Source of the DNA: a virus
Length of the DNA: 64,000 nucleotides
IMG/VR virus record: IMGVR_UViG_3300010151_000007
Coordinates: 36,327 to 100,326 of that record
Reading direction: 5' to 3' (one strand)
Of the stretch, positions 29,143 through 39,844 are shown in pieces. Under the pieces are notes generated by a model. That model saw only the letters and a program-made list of their open reading frames with translations. It made no database searches and was not told the origin of the DNA. Both the position numbers and the translations under genes were made by a program. How positions within the stretch are numbered: position 1 is the stretch's first letter; each line of letters starts with the position of its first letter.

Positions 29143-32100
29143 ATGGAATTAGATAAAAAAGGAATTACTGAAACTGTTTTGCCAATACCTCACATTAAAA
29201 GTGTGGTGTTGGAAAATATTCGCTTGTCTGATGCTTTGTCTCTGGGTTATTCGAAAGAAGAGGTGGAAAAACTCCAGAAGAATGTATTTGGTCGTCCAAA
29301 ACCAAAGAAAGGTTCTTTGACATCGGAGACTGGTGACAAATACCTCTTTGTTAAAGTGGTGATATCGATTAGAGATCATGAGATTTCGAACAATAGAACA
29401 ACTTGGATAACAAACGACGAAATTTCTAAATATTTGAAACTGCATCTTGTGTTGGCTAGGCAGAAATCAATAATCGACAATTTGAACTCTGGTGGATTCA
29501 AACCGAGATTCTTGAAAGCAGACAAAGTCAAGAGTAAAATCGAAGAGCAAATTATAGATCTTGGAAGAACAAAACTTTCCGATGCAACCGTATCTTCAAT
29601 TGATGGAAAGAAAATCTATACAATCGAGTTAGAGACTTTCTTTGTTGCTGGTCGATTTGACCCTAAGGAATTGTCTCTTTTTTCGTCTATATACTTTGAC
29701 GAAATACAATATGAATTGGATAATGGTACCAGATTATTTTCAAAAAGAGGTCGCTTCCAGGGTAAAGTCGTTTCAAAAAGAATACTAGAAGATTCGGTTG
29801 TGAAAACGCAAGGCTTTGTTTTTTCGACCGATGAGGGTAAGATTTGGACTGGTGCTGTCCATAAAGATGGGGGGAAATATTTTGGTGGTCTACGGGGTAC
29901 TGACATAGAGTTGACAAAGGATGATATTTTCGATGTTTCAATTTCCGATCGAAGGGTTTTGGATAACTCGTCAGACTCCCTCCTCTCTTTAATCAATGTT
30001 AAAAAAGACAAAAAGGAAAAGGCTATCCAACTTTCCTCCTATGAGGGGGATGTTGATTCGGAAGATTATTTCACTCCTTTGTTTATTTCGAAAGATATGG
30101 AAAACAGAGGTAGGGGCGTGTTATCTATCGATATAATCAAGCTCCTGAATCGGGAATCTTTGTATGGTGTCGTAACAGAAACGCTGTCTCGTGATGTAAT
30201 GTCTCACGTTTTGAGGGATACATCAATAAAAAACATACAAGTATATCGCGAAAGAGTGTCCCAAGACAAGCTTTCAGAAAAGCTCATTCGTTTTTCTGCC
30301 GACGAACAAGATGAGTTAATTGTAATCTCTAAGGATGTGAGGGGGAAACTGAAAGCAGCTTCTAGAAAATTGAGTGCTACTAGTAACAGGGGTACGGAAA
30401 AAGAAGTAGTGGGAAAAATAAAGGAAGTGTTTATTTCCTTACCCGCTGGTTACAGAAGTTTTACGTTTACAGACTCCAGCATGAAGACCAGGACAGATGG
30501 ACTGTATCGTTATTACATCATAATGGAGTTGGAAGACGGAATCCTTTCCTACATGAAGAGGATGGTGAAGAGTACCAACGAAGTTCTGTCCAAAGTCGAT
30601 TCTTATTTGGCCGATGCCGTGAACGATGCGAATCTAGGCAAAGGGTTTTCAGATAGGTTTACACAAAGATATGATTTGTTTTTTCCAAATACGGATAAGA
30701 AATACAATGACGCACCATGGATCCTGGGCTCTAAGAAGGTGTTCGAAATCCTTAGAAATTTGAGCAAAGTGGAAGACGAAAGGAGTGAAAGAATATTCAT
30801 GAATTTCATAAACATGACAGACCCTCACACTGGCTCCGTAGAAGGAATTCAATTATTGAGTTCGGTTTTAAGGAATTTTATCTTGAAGATAAAAAAAGGT
30901 AATCCAAATATTCGCTTCGATGAAGAGACTGATTTTGGCAACAAAACTTTCACTATCAAAGACAGGGAGCCTAGCTCAATCCAGATTAGAAAAAGGTTTA
31001 ATTCTATTTTAGATTCCAATGTGTTGAGAAACGTTGGATACGATTTCTTAAACTTCAAGAAAGGCTCTGTTGGTTTGAAACGAATGCCAATAGAGGGGTA
31101 TCGAAGAAGAATAAAGATGGAAATGCGTAAATACTATACTCATGAAAATCCGTCCACATTGGCAATTGGTGGCGATTTTTCCGAAAATATGTTCTCTTAT
31201 TTGTCGGTTGCTAACATTCTCTTGGGGCCAAACAAAATCTCAACACTGGGCCGAGGCAAGAGACACTTTGACAAAGAACAATATATTACAGCAATAAATA
31301 ATATCATCTCTTTCAACGAGAACGGAAACATCTTACCCCTCTTGACTGAAAGGTATTTCTCCAATATTCAAACAAATAACTTGACAACTGAAGAGAAAAA
31401 GGATAATGATCTATTAGCTGATTTAATGTCTGGGATCAACGTTAGCTTCTCTGAAGATTATCAGACCTTCAGGGACGAGAGTGAGGAAAAAAGAACTAGC
31501 CTTGTTGACTCCACGAACATACTTGGTTCATCAACCGAATTTACTTCAGTTGGTAGTTTTGCGCCACCCGATAATAGTAAATTAGATGGCCAAAACAGTA
31601 CGATATTCGATAATGTTAACTTAACTAACATAGCTTCTTCGATAGTTTCTTCTTTCGCTTTGGCGAATGGCGGCGTTGACAACAAGGTTGCCAATACGAA
31701 AAAGATTGAATCTGTGCGACAATTTGATTTTGCGGCACCCCAGAACGCACTAGACAAAAAGAACGAAGAATTGTCTAACGTGGGTCTTGATAGGAATAAA
31801 TCGATCGCCGCGATTAGAGATTTCCCCAATCAGTTGAAATCAATCTTAAACAGCAGAAATTCAGAGGTTCGAACAAATTGGCTAGATGAACCTGAAGACA
31901 TTTACAAAGAAGCGAAGTCAGCCGGAATGACTTATTTTAATTTCCAATACTTACAAAGAGTGGAATACCTCCAAACCTTTGAATCAGATTCGGAATTCTA
32001 TCCACGTAAACCAGTTTGGGCTAAATTGAACAAGAAGAAAATAGACTCTTTGGGTGAAGACGATATGATACTGTGTAGAATGATAGAACATGCAGATTCG

Positions 32101-32346
32101 TTCGCTAAGATTGGTTCGAATAAGAAACTTCGACTACCTGTTTTCGATGAGTATTTCTTTATTGGCTCAAACAAAGAAGAAAGGCCACCGATCTCCAGTT
32201 CCCTCAAGACCAGACTGTTGACCGAGAAGTTCAGAAAAGCCTCAAGATTCCAGACAGATTTTGTACATAATACGATCCCAATCCAACCCTTGGAGAATGT
32301 TGAAATTGGAACAAATTTCGATTCGGAAGAAATAGATGACAACTAA
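29143..32346 (+). CDS. Large hypothetical virion protein (1067 aa)
   Basis: Long ORF in the structural block, preceded by the late motif. Confidence 0.65.
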   Translation: MELDKKGITETVLPIPHIKSVVLENIRLSDALSLGYSKEEVEKLQKNVFGRPKPKKGSLTSETGDKYLFVKVVISIRDHEISNNRTTWITNDEISKYLKLHLVLARQKSIIDNLNSGGFKPRFLKADKVKSKIEEQIIDLGRTKLSDATVSSIDGKKIYTIELETFFVAGRFDPKELSLFSSIYFDEIQYELDNGTRLFSKRGRFQGKVVSKRILEDSVVKTQGFVFSTDEGKIWTGAVHKDGGKYFGGLRGTDIELTKDDIFDVSISDRRVLDNSSDSLLSLINVKKDKKEKAIQLSSYEGDVDSEDYFTPLFISKDMENRGRGVLSIDIIKLLNRESLYGVVTETLSRDVMSHVLRDTSIKNIQVYRERVSQDKLSEKLIRFSADEQDELIVISKDVRGKLKAASRKLSATSNRGTEKEVVGKIKEVFISLPAGYRSFTFTDSSMKTRTDGLYRYYIIMELEDGILSYMKRMVKSTNEVLSKVDSYLADAVNDANLGKGFSDRFTQRYDLFFPNTDKKYNDAPWILGSKKVFEILRNLSKVEDERSERIFMNFINMTDPHTGSVEGIQLLSSVLRNFILKIKKGNPNIRFDEETDFGNKTFTIKDREPSSIQIRKRFNSILDSNVLRNVGYDFLNFKKGSVGLKRMPIEGYRRRIKMEMRKYYTHENPSTLAIGGDFSENMFSYLSVANILLGPNKISTLGRGKRHFDKEQYITAINNIISFNENGNILPLLTERYFSNIQTNNLTTEEKKDNDLLADLMSGINVSFSEDYQTFRDESEEKRTSLVDSTNILGSSTEFTSVGSFAPPDNSKLDGQNSTIFDNVNLTNIASSIVSSFALANGGVDNKVANTKKIESVRQFDFAAPQNALDKKNEELSNVGLDRNKSIAAIRDFPNQLKSILNSRNSEVRTNWLDEPEDIYKEAKSAGMTYFNFQYLQRVEYLQTFESDSEFYPRKPVWAKLNKKKIDSLGEDDMILCRMIEHADSFAKIGSNKKLRLPVFDEYFFIGSNKEERPPISSSLKTRLLTEKFRKASRFQTDFVHNTIPIQPLENVEIGTNFDSEEIDDN

Positions 32347-34543
32347 AAAGAAAACAATAGCTTCTCCCAGTATAGTGGAAAATGAAAGCTCAATTTTTAA
32401 GGACATCTTTCGCCAAAACCTTGGCGCATGGCTCCCCACTTCAGAGGGTTTACAATATGAAGAAAGGGATCGCCTAGACCTCAAGGTATCTTCGGATTTT
32501 CAAGTTGAACGTGTCGATGATGATCTTTTTGTTTACACGAAAGAAACCTTGACTATTAGACCGAATGGTCGTATAATAGACTTTGATGAGTGGCAGAAAA
32601 ACATTGAACTGGCGATAAACACGGAACTAGAATTCGAAGATTACATTACAACTTTTGATTTACCTTTGACTTTAGACGAGGCGAAGTTTGTCCAGAACAA
32701 TACAAAAGTTCTCAATTCAGATTTTCAATTCAACTACCCTTTTGAAGAATATGAAGAACTTGTGAATGAGGGCGAGACCTTTGAGACATTCATCACAAGC
32801 TACTATGAGCTTGCGCTTAAAGCACAGGCTGACGAACATTTTGCTCACCTGATCAACGGAGATACTGTTCTGAATCTAACGAAAGCTAATTTGGGTCGTG
32901 GTGTTGACTTGTCGCGCCGCCAACCAACAAGACTAGAAAGAGAGGCAGAGCGCGCTGGATACAGAAATCAAATTTTCCCATCAGAAAACTTAGAACTCCT
33001 CTTTAACTATAATACTTATTTGGCAGCATTCCCTATGTACAATCGTCTTTCTTTAAAGACAGACGCTTCAACAACCAATATGATGGACGCTCTCCAAGAC
33101 ACTAAATTGGGAACCTTATTTTCTAGGTGGCTGACACAGTTTCTATTCATGTCTGAACCTGTCGTGGAATCCGAACAGAATGGGGATGAAGTTGAGAACT
33201 CAACTATTAGAAGAACTGTAGTTGATTTTCTGGAATGGTGGAAAAATAGAGCCCCAAGTTTACTAGGCGATCTTCCTGATTCGTTCTCCTATGTTGACAG
33301 CGGCACCGCTGAAAGTGTAGATATCGCTAATACGGAAAATCCAATCGCTTTGGCTTTGGCTTTGAGGCAAATTCGGAATAAGATTAACGAAGCTTTCAGG
33401 AACCACCAAAGAAGTTATTCGGAGATCCTCTCCGGAAAGAAATCGATTAATGAAACCTTGATGTATCGTGTCGCTAAATTTAAAGGTGTCCCAAGCGGAA
33501 CGCCAATCCAGAACTACTATATCCCAAACATAGATGAAATCGATGTTTTGGACTTTATAGACACTCAAGTCAAATATGATCAAGAATATTCTTACCTAGT
33601 TTATGCCGAAAAGATGGTGATAGGTTCGAAATATCAATACGAAGCACTGACTTTTGAAAGAGAACCTAGAAGCACCTTGAGGGCTGCTAAATTAAGAGTG
33701 GATATTTTCCCTACCTTTAAAATAGTTGAGGTGCCATTGATCACGATTACCGGAAGAATTCTTGCCACCCCACCAGTCTATCCAGAAATAAATATTGTCC
33801 CTTTCAAGGGGGTGAAAGATCGGCTGTTATTCCATTTTCAGACAAATACAAACAGACTCCACGAGGTTCCCGTTATTTTACAAGACTCTGACAGAGGATT
33901 CTTTGACAATTTACAAGCATCTCATAATCTTCCTGCGGGCGCTCCCGTCGAATTTGAAACATTTTTGGAAGCTTCGAGATTCGAAATATATCGTACAACA
34001 AAGCCTCCTCAAAACTATAACGACTTCAAGGATTCGTTATTAACGACAATTACTACGGATGTTGATGCGACTACAAAACTCAAAGCTTCGTCGGCTGCCT
34101 ATAAAATGAGTTTGAAACCTAACACAAAATACTATTTAACGTTTAGGACTATTGATAGAAATGGTGGTTTGTCAAATCCGTCACCTATTTACCAAGTAGA
34201 ATTGTTTCACGAATCAGGGGTATCGTATCCTCTGATTCAAGAATATCAGTTTTCAGATATTGACAAATCCAAGATGACATCGAAAGCTATGAATAGAATG
34301 GTGTTGATCTCACCAAGAATAACCCAAATCTTTTTGAACGAAAAGGAATCCGGGTTGAAGCAGAACGGCCTTCTGGTTGATAGTGCGAAAAACAAGAACA
34401 TCAAACTTGGCTTACAAGAAGATGCTCTGATAGAGAAAAGGTTCAAAATTCGAATCACTTCACGTTTGACTGGCAAAAAGGTCGATGTAAACATCGATTT
34501 CAAACAGAAACATAATGTGACAGAATTTGAAAGAGATATATAA
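32336..34543 (+). CDS. Hypothetical virion protein with FN3-like segments
   Basis: FIDTQVKYDQEYSY.VYA and LKPNTKYY.TFR.ID..G..SNPS resemble FN3 C-terminal strands. Confidence 0.6.
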   Translation: MTTKKKTIASPSIVENESSIFKDIFRQNLGAWLPTSEGLQYEERDRLDLKVSSDFQVERVDDDLFVYTKETLTIRPNGRIIDFDEWQKNIELAINTELEFEDYITTFDLPLTLDEAKFVQNNTKVLNSDFQFNYPFEEYEELVNEGETFETFITSYYELALKAQADEHFAHLINGDTVLNLTKANLGRGVDLSRRQPTRLEREAERAGYRNQIFPSENLELLFNYNTYLAAFPMYNRLSLKTDASTTNMMDALQDTKLGTLFSRWLTQFLFMSEPVVESEQNGDEVENSTIRRTVVDFLEWWKNRAPSLLGDLPDSFSYVDSGTAESVDIANTENPIALALALRQIRNKINEAFRNHQRSYSEILSGKKSINETLMYRVAKFKGVPSGTPIQNYYIPNIDEIDVLDFIDTQVKYDQEYSYLVYAEKMVIGSKYQYEALTFEREPRSTLRAAKLRVDIFPTFKIVEVPLITITGRILATPPVYPEINIVPFKGVKDRLLFHFQTNTNRLHEVPVILQDSDRGFFDNLQASHNLPAGAPVEFETFLEASRFEIYRTTKPPQNYNDFKDSLLTTITTDVDATTKLKASSAAYKMSLKPNTKYYLTFRTIDRNGGLSNPSPIYQVELFHESGVSYPLIQEYQFSDIDKSKMTSKAMNRMVLISPRITQIFLNEKESGLKQNGLLVDSAKNKNIKLGLQEDALIEKRFKIRITSRLTGKKVDVNIDFKQKHNVTEFERDI

Positions 34544-34552
34544 ATTCAAAAC

Positions 34553-34560
34553 ACTAATTA
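34553..34560 (+). promoter_or_regulatory. Candidate late promoter ACTAATTA
   Basis: Intergenic, 24 nt before ATG 34585; AGAGG SD follows. Confidence 0.7.
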
Positions 34561-34584
34561 GATTATAGTGAAAGAGGTAAAAGC

Positions 34585-35505
34585 ATGGGTTTCCTAGACA
34601 ACAGTGGAGATATCATTTTAGACGCCGTTTTGACGGATACAGGTCGAAAAAGGCTAGCAAAAGGCGATGGCAGTTTCAGAATCGTAAAGTTTGCACTTGG
34701 CGACGACGAAATTAATTATGAACTGTATGACAAGAATCACGCAAGCGGTTCAGCATATTATGATTTAGAAGTCCTCCAGACTCCTGTTTTGGAATCTTTT
34801 ACAAATAACACTTCGATGATGAAATCAAAATTGATTTCTATTCCGCGTGATAATCTGCTCTTTTTACCTGTCTTGAAGTTGAATGAAGTGTTTGATAATG
34901 CCACTAAGCGCCACGCTGATTCGAAGGCTTTTAATGTCGCCGTAAACTCTACTTCTGAAACGGAATTCGCAACCATCGGTTCAACTTCTTTGGATGGTGT
35001 TCTGTTTGGCGAAGATCCCGCTGGCGGTGGTAACTACATTCGCGTAGATCAGGGTTTAGACACAAGTCAAATTTCACCCGCTAGAGTATTAGATCCTCTG
35101 TTAGTGGAGACTCAATTCATAATTGAGATTGATTCTCGTTTTGGTTCCATTACTTCCCTAAGCGGCAAACGCGCTGACGTCTCGTTCATCGACGATGATT
35201 TAGTAGCTAGCTACTTCTTGAGTCTTGGGACTGATGCAGAATTTGTAATGGAGAATACAGACACTAGCACAACTAGTAATCAAACCATTGCAGGCCCTCG
35301 CGGCACAGTGTTAAAACTTAAGATTCAATCTAGTTTGGAACTCAATACGAGTGATTATTTATTCGATACTCTGGGTTCTACTGGGAATATGCTTGGTAAA
35401 ACAGGCAATCCAGCTATTAAACTAATTGATTCGACCGTAAGAGTGACAGGGGCCAACACTGGCTACAGGATTGATATCCCTGTCCGATTCGTGAAGAAGC
35501 AGTGA
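34585..35505 (+). CDS. Baseplate/tail-fibre attachment protein
   Basis: DAVLTDTGRKRLAKG...FALGDDEINY, like the N-half of tail-collar fibre (DUF3751-like) domains. Confidence 0.6.
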   Translation: MGFLDNSGDIILDAVLTDTGRKRLAKGDGSFRIVKFALGDDEINYELYDKNHASGSAYYDLEVLQTPVLESFTNNTSMMKSKLISIPRDNLLFLPVLKLNEVFDNATKRHADSKAFNVAVNSTSETEFATIGSTSLDGVLFGEDPAGGGNYIRVDQGLDTSQISPARVLDPLLVETQFIIEIDSRFGSITSLSGKRADVSFIDDDLVASYFLSLGTDAEFVMENTDTSTTSNQTIAGPRGTVLKLKIQSSLELNTSDYLFDTLGSTGNMLGKTGNPAIKLIDSTVRVTGANTGYRIDIPVRFVKKQ

Positions 35506-35520
35506 TAAAGAGGAAACATA

Positions 35521-36606
35521 ATGGCTAATAGCTTCAAAAATTTAACAAGTAACGACGTAACAAACACCAGAACATTGCTTCATGAAGCAATCCCTATTAC
35601 TGGTTCAATTGTTTCAGGCACCTATGGCGCTTTCCCCAACGACACCAGTGTCAAGAACTATGCTCACGGCATGTTTCAAAGTGTATACGACTACCCATAC
35701 TTAAGCTCATCTGCAAATCAAATCTTTGATATCACTGTAGGTGTGAGCGCCGATTCAATCGCTTATTCTGCTGTATCTGTCCAGCAAGCAAAGAAAAAGA
35801 ATATCTACAACCAGATGGCTCAAATTTTGGTGGGGCATGATAACACAGGTTCTATCCGAGCTTTCGACCAAGACGGTGATTTGAGTGGTGGCAGTAAATA
35901 CAACGAATTGATCTTCATCAATTTCTCCAGACTTCTTGTCAAAGATGAAATTAAGAAGGGCTCTTTCGAAATGCAGCTTGGTGTTAGTGCAAGCTCAAAT
36001 CAACCAATGCGTGACAGGATTAAAGTATTCGATTCAGGTGCGGCAAATTCCTATAAGGTGAATTCACCAGCGGGTGAATATGGGATTTTGTATGCAACAA
36101 ACTCTGTCGGCACTCGTCTGTCTGGTGGTGGAGTCAACACGGAGAGACCGAAGGTTGGTTTGGTTTATTATCAAGCCGGCATTGTTGCTTTAAGTCCCGC
36201 CGTGTTCGAAGTCGGTAGCTACGGCATACTCTCCGGAAGTGCAACTATGACAGCTAAAAGTGGTTCGATGCTCGCAGTTCTCACTGGTTCTGAAATCTCT
36301 GGCACAGCCGACTCACTAAGAAATAGAATTTACAACATCTCGTTCAACAACACAACTGAATTGAATTCTACAATCTACTTTGTCCGCGCCGGCCATAACG
36401 AGTTTAATTACAGTTCAAACCCGACTTACCTAAGTTCTAGTCAAATCCGAGTTAAAAACAATGCAGTTGACCAGCCGCTTGCTTACTTTACGACCGTAGG
36501 ACTGTATTCGGCGGACAATGAATTGCTAGCTGTTGCTAAGCTTTCTGAACCGCTCCGCAAGGATTCATCGCAAGAATATACGCTTCGCGTCAGATTGGAT
36601 TATTGA
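35521..36606 (+). CDS. Baseplate/tail structural protein
   Basis: IKKGS, GLVYYQAG, FNYSSNPTY, TTVGLY...ELLAVAKLSEP; paralog of the next gene. Confidence 0.65.
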   Translation: MANSFKNLTSNDVTNTRTLLHEAIPITGSIVSGTYGAFPNDTSVKNYAHGMFQSVYDYPYLSSSANQIFDITVGVSADSIAYSAVSVQQAKKKNIYNQMAQILVGHDNTGSIRAFDQDGDLSGGSKYNELIFINFSRLLVKDEIKKGSFEMQLGVSASSNQPMRDRIKVFDSGAANSYKVNSPAGEYGILYATNSVGTRLSGGGVNTERPKVGLVYYQAGIVALSPAVFEVGSYGILSGSATMTAKSGSMLAVLTGSEISGTADSLRNRIYNISFNNTTELNSTIYFVRAGHNEFNYSSNPTYLSSSQIRVKNNAVDQPLAYFTTVGLYSADNELLAVAKLSEPLRKDSSQEYTLRVRLDY

Positions 36607-36626
36607 TTCACTTATAAGGAGTTCGA

Positions 36627-37946
36627 ATGTCACTTTACAAGTTTGACAAAAACGATATCCTTCGAAATGTAATCAAGACTCACCCACAAAGTGAGTTTTT
36701 CATTTATAACTCGAAGATTTACATAAATAATGAAATGAATATCAGTGGGGCGTTCACTGGTTCTCAATTTGGTGCCCCAACAGGTTTTGTGAGTCTTTAT
36801 GAATACAATGTTGACCGCAAGGAAACATCAACAGGTCGTGTGATTGGAACGGACGCCGCCCCCGACACTGGTTTGATTTATCCGTTTGTGGTTAAGAATA
36901 GTTCTCACACTTCGTTCAAGACAATGACTGACGAGGAATATGCTTCGAAGCCGTATGGTAGTTATCTATCGGGTAGTTATCGCCTGACTTCTTCCATTCG
37001 ACGAAAGTATTTTCCAGCTAATCACTTAACTTCTTTGGGTGCTCAAAATGCATCAAAATTTATTGAAAACACTTCACTAGCCTCTCTGGCAGAACACGCT
37101 TTCAATATCAAGGGCACAATATCAGGTTCAGAGATATCGGCTTTAAAACAAACTCTTAACTTCTACACGAGGTTAAGCCCACATTATGCCTATTCTTCTT
37201 CGTTTGGCGATAAGAGTTTGCAGGTTGTAAACCTAATTTCAATTCCATCGATTGTATACGGCTCTTCAATTAAGAAAGGCACGGTGGATTTGAGGTTTTA
37301 TATCACTGGTACTTTAGTAGGGAGACTTCAGGACACAAGACAGAACGGAGAGTTGATAGAAACCACGGGCTCTAGTGTTGATTCTATTGCTGGCGTCGTA
37401 CTTTACAACGAAGGATTTCTGCTATTAACTGGAAGTTGGAACATGGGTTCAACAAGTAACTCAATCGACTTCATTGGGAATAACGTTTCAGGCGATAAAT
37501 CTCAAGCCAAATGGATCTACTTTGGTGTTGGCGCTCAAGACAGCACGGCGTCCGCCGACAATGGTGGTTCATTAGCGCCCTCTAGGGCTTCTGCTAGCTG
37601 TCTGACGACGTTCCAGGGTACCCACTATGTCCCGACCCTCACCATGTTCGCACACGCCAAGAAGGGGCATCTGAACCACTCTAACAACCCCACCTATATT
37701 AAGTATGGGCAAAATACCACATTTACCAGTGGCACCTACTTTTTCAAGGAACCGGAGTTGGATATTAAGAATATCGTGAGTTCCTCTTACTCGACGGTCA
37801 CCGCAAGTTTCGCGAAGCATACATATATTTCACAAGTCGGAATCTATGATGAACAGAAAAGACTAATTGCGGTTGCAAATGTTTCTAAACCGGTTAAGAA
37901 GACAGAGGAAAGAGATTTTACTTTTAAGTTGAAGATCGATTTATGA
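36627..37946 (+). CDS. Baseplate/tail structural protein, paralog of 35521-36606
   Basis: IKKGT, GVVLYNEG, LNHSNNPTY, SQVGIYD...LIAVANVSKP. Confidence 0.65.
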   Translation: MSLYKFDKNDILRNVIKTHPQSEFFIYNSKIYINNEMNISGAFTGSQFGAPTGFVSLYEYNVDRKETSTGRVIGTDAAPDTGLIYPFVVKNSSHTSFKTMTDEEYASKPYGSYLSGSYRLTSSIRRKYFPANHLTSLGAQNASKFIENTSLASLAEHAFNIKGTISGSEISALKQTLNFYTRLSPHYAYSSSFGDKSLQVVNLISIPSIVYGSSIKKGTVDLRFYITGTLVGRLQDTRQNGELIETTGSSVDSIAGVVLYNEGFLLLTGSWNMGSTSNSIDFIGNNVSGDKSQAKWIYFGVGAQDSTASADNGGSLAPSRASASCLTTFQGTHYVPTLTMFAHAKKGHLNHSNNPTYIKYGQNTTFTSGTYFFKEPELDIKNIVSSSYSTVTASFAKHTYISQVGIYDEQKRLIAVANVSKPVKKTEERDFTFKLKIDL

Positions 37947-38404
37947 TGAAAAAGATGCTGAATGAATGGAAACAGTATTTGCGAGAAGAGGAAGAGGATT
38001 GGAAGCCCTCTGGGGAGGAAATGATGTTCCCTGCGAAGTTTCTATTTTCCCATATGGGGGAATACAGAACAGAACAAAGGTGGAAAGACTTTGCGAAGCT
38101 TTCAGGCGAGGAGAAAATGAAGTGGGCTCGGTCGGTAAAACTCGACGAACCTGTTGAGATTACTGTTTTCTCTGATGGTACTTTCGGCCACGGCGATGGA
38201 CATCATCGGGTTATGGCGGCGAAAATCTTGGATGTTGAAATACCCATTGTCATATCCAGAAACAAATTGAAAGACCGCGACCCCGAGTTGTGGACAGTTT
38301 GGCTCAACTCCGTCAGACAAGGAAAACACCCAAAAGAGTTAAATCCCGAAGGATATATTGTTCGCAGTTTGGAACAGTTTAGGCGCATGGAAAAGGAGCG
38401 TTAA
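37943..38404 (+). CDS. ParB/sulfiredoxin N-terminal-like protein with acidic leader
   Basis: EPVEI...GDGHHRVMAAKIL..IP. motif; N-terminus MKKMLNEWKQYLREE. Confidence 0.6.
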   Translation: MMKKMLNEWKQYLREEEEDWKPSGEEMMFPAKFLFSHMGEYRTEQRWKDFAKLSGEEKMKWARSVKLDEPVEITVFSDGTFGHGDGHHRVMAAKILDVEIPIVISRNKLKDRDPELWTVWLNSVRQGKHPKELNPEGYIVRSLEQFRRMEKER

Positions 38405-38407
38405 AGT

Positions 38408-38932
38408 ATGATCTTAGGGCTTGACATAAGTACAAGTATAACTGGGTACACCGTGATGGACGGTAAAGGAGCTATCGTCGAAAATGGTGCCTGGGATATG
38501 CGCAACAAAAGATATTTTGATGATCTCATGGACAAAGCCAAGTTTATTAAAGAGCAGTTAAAAGAGTTGTCGGTAACTTATTCAATAAAAGAAATCTACA
38601 TTGAGAAGTCTTTACAGTCTTTCAGATCTGGATTCTCTTCTGCAAAAACATTGTCAACGCTTTCCAGCTTCAACGGAATCGTGAGTTGGATGTGCTATGA
38701 GGAATATGGGATGAAGGCCGAGTACATCGCCGCCACCACTGCCCGCAAATTATGCGGCATCAGGATTCCCAAAGGTCAAAAAGCGAAACAAGTTGTTTTG
38801 CAGTATTTACTTGACAACGAGCCCTCTTTCGTGATAAGTTATACAAGAGCGGGAAATCCTAAACCCGACTCTTACGATCGTGCTGACAGCATAGTGATCG
38901 CAAAAGCAGGGTTATGCAAGAAGAAAAACTAA
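38408..38932 (+). CDS. RuvC-like Holliday junction resolvase
   Basis: MILGLDISTSITGY, IYIE, D..D (DRADSIVIA) acidic catalytic set. Confidence 0.85.
   Translation: MILGLDISTSITGYTVMDGKGAIVENGAWDMRNKRYFDDLMDKAKFIKEQLKELSVTYSIKEIYIEKSLQSFRSGFSSAKTLSTLSSFNGIVSWMCYEEYGMKAEYIAATTARKLCGIRIPKGQKAKQVVLQYLLDNEPSFVISYTRAGNPKPDSYDRADSIVIAKAGLCKKKN
38811..38840 (+). promoter_or_regulatory. Possible sigma70-type promoter for primase, inside the resolvase gene
   Basis: TTGACA(38811)-N18-TAAGTT(38835) with TGn extension; about 70 nt before the primase start. Confidence 0.4.
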
Positions 38933-39843
38933 AGATACTTAAAAACGTATTAGGGAATTTTTATCACAGCGGGCAGGAATGTTTATTTCACTGTCCGTTT
39001 TGTGATCATAGGAAAAAGAAACTTTCAATTAACCTGAAGAAATCAGTGTTTAAGTGCTGGACGTGTGGCGTCAGCGGCAAGAATCTTGGTTTCTTGGTTC
39101 GAAAGTTTGGCAACACTGACCAGAAAGTAGAATGGGGGAGATATGATCAGCATGTTGATTTGCTTGATTTTGATAATCTTTTTGGAGATACTGAAACGCT
39201 GGAAGCCAGAATAGTAAGACTCCCCGAAGAGTTTGTGAGTTTGGCGAATTTAAACGTCTCCTTATCGGCCCGAATGGCGCGGAAATATCTTTTCTCAAGA
39301 GGTCTGACTAAAGCAGACATTCTAAAATGGAAAATAGGATATGCTCCAAGCGGCGAGTATGCTGGTAGGATCATTGTACCTTCGTTCGATATCGAAGGAA
39401 AATTAAACTTCTTCGTATCGAGAACATACACAAAGCAATACCCGACTTACATGATTCCGGACGCAAGCAAAGACGTGATTTTCAACGAATTAACGATTGA
39501 TTGGGAACGGGACATCACAATTGTGGAAGGGGTTTTTGATGCGATAAAAGCTGACAACTCGATCCCCCTGCTTGGATCCTCGCTTAAAAAAGAGAGTTAC
39601 ATATTGGAAAAGATTGCAGAGCACAAAAGCAACGTGTTCCTTGCTCTCGATCGCGATGCTCAAAAGAAGGCGCAAAGAATGATAAGACTATTTAATCTAT
39701 ATGGAATAGAAGTATCACAACTGGAACTGGGAAAGTACGACGACGTCGGCGAAATGTCCAAAGAGGAATTCCAGGGATTCAAGAATTCATCACAAATCAT
39801 GGATTTTGAAAACTACTTAATTAGTAAGATTGGAGCACTATAG
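38914..39843 (+). CDS. DNA primase (CHC2 zinc finger + TOPRIM)
   Basis: CPFCDH...FKCWTC, YL.SRG, RIIVP, IVEGVFDA, LALDRDA, DVGEM. Confidence 0.92.
   Translation: MQEEKLKILKNVLGNFYHSGQECLFHCPFCDHRKKKLSINLKKSVFKCWTCGVSGKNLGFLVRKFGNTDQKVEWGRYDQHVDLLDFDNLFGDTETLEARIVRLPEEFVSLANLNVSLSARMARKYLFSRGLTKADILKWKIGYAPSGEYAGRIIVPSFDIEGKLNFFVSRTYTKQYPTYMIPDASKDVIFNELTIDWERDITIVEGVFDAIKADNSIPLLGSSLKKESYILEKIAEHKSNVFLALDRDAQKKAQRMIRLFNLYGIEVSQLELGKYDDVGEMSKEEFQGFKNSSQIMDFENYLISKIGAL
39812..39819 (+). promoter_or_regulatory. Candidate late promoter ACTACTTA
   Basis: At the end of primase, 25 nt before ATG 39845, which heads three leader-bearing small genes. Confidence 0.6.
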
Positions 39844-39844
39844 A

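Noticed and set aside
39830-39844. Upstream start for the 104-aa ORF (MEHYR...)
   Set aside because: The GGAG SD, the late octamer spacing and the shared leader all point to ATG 39845.
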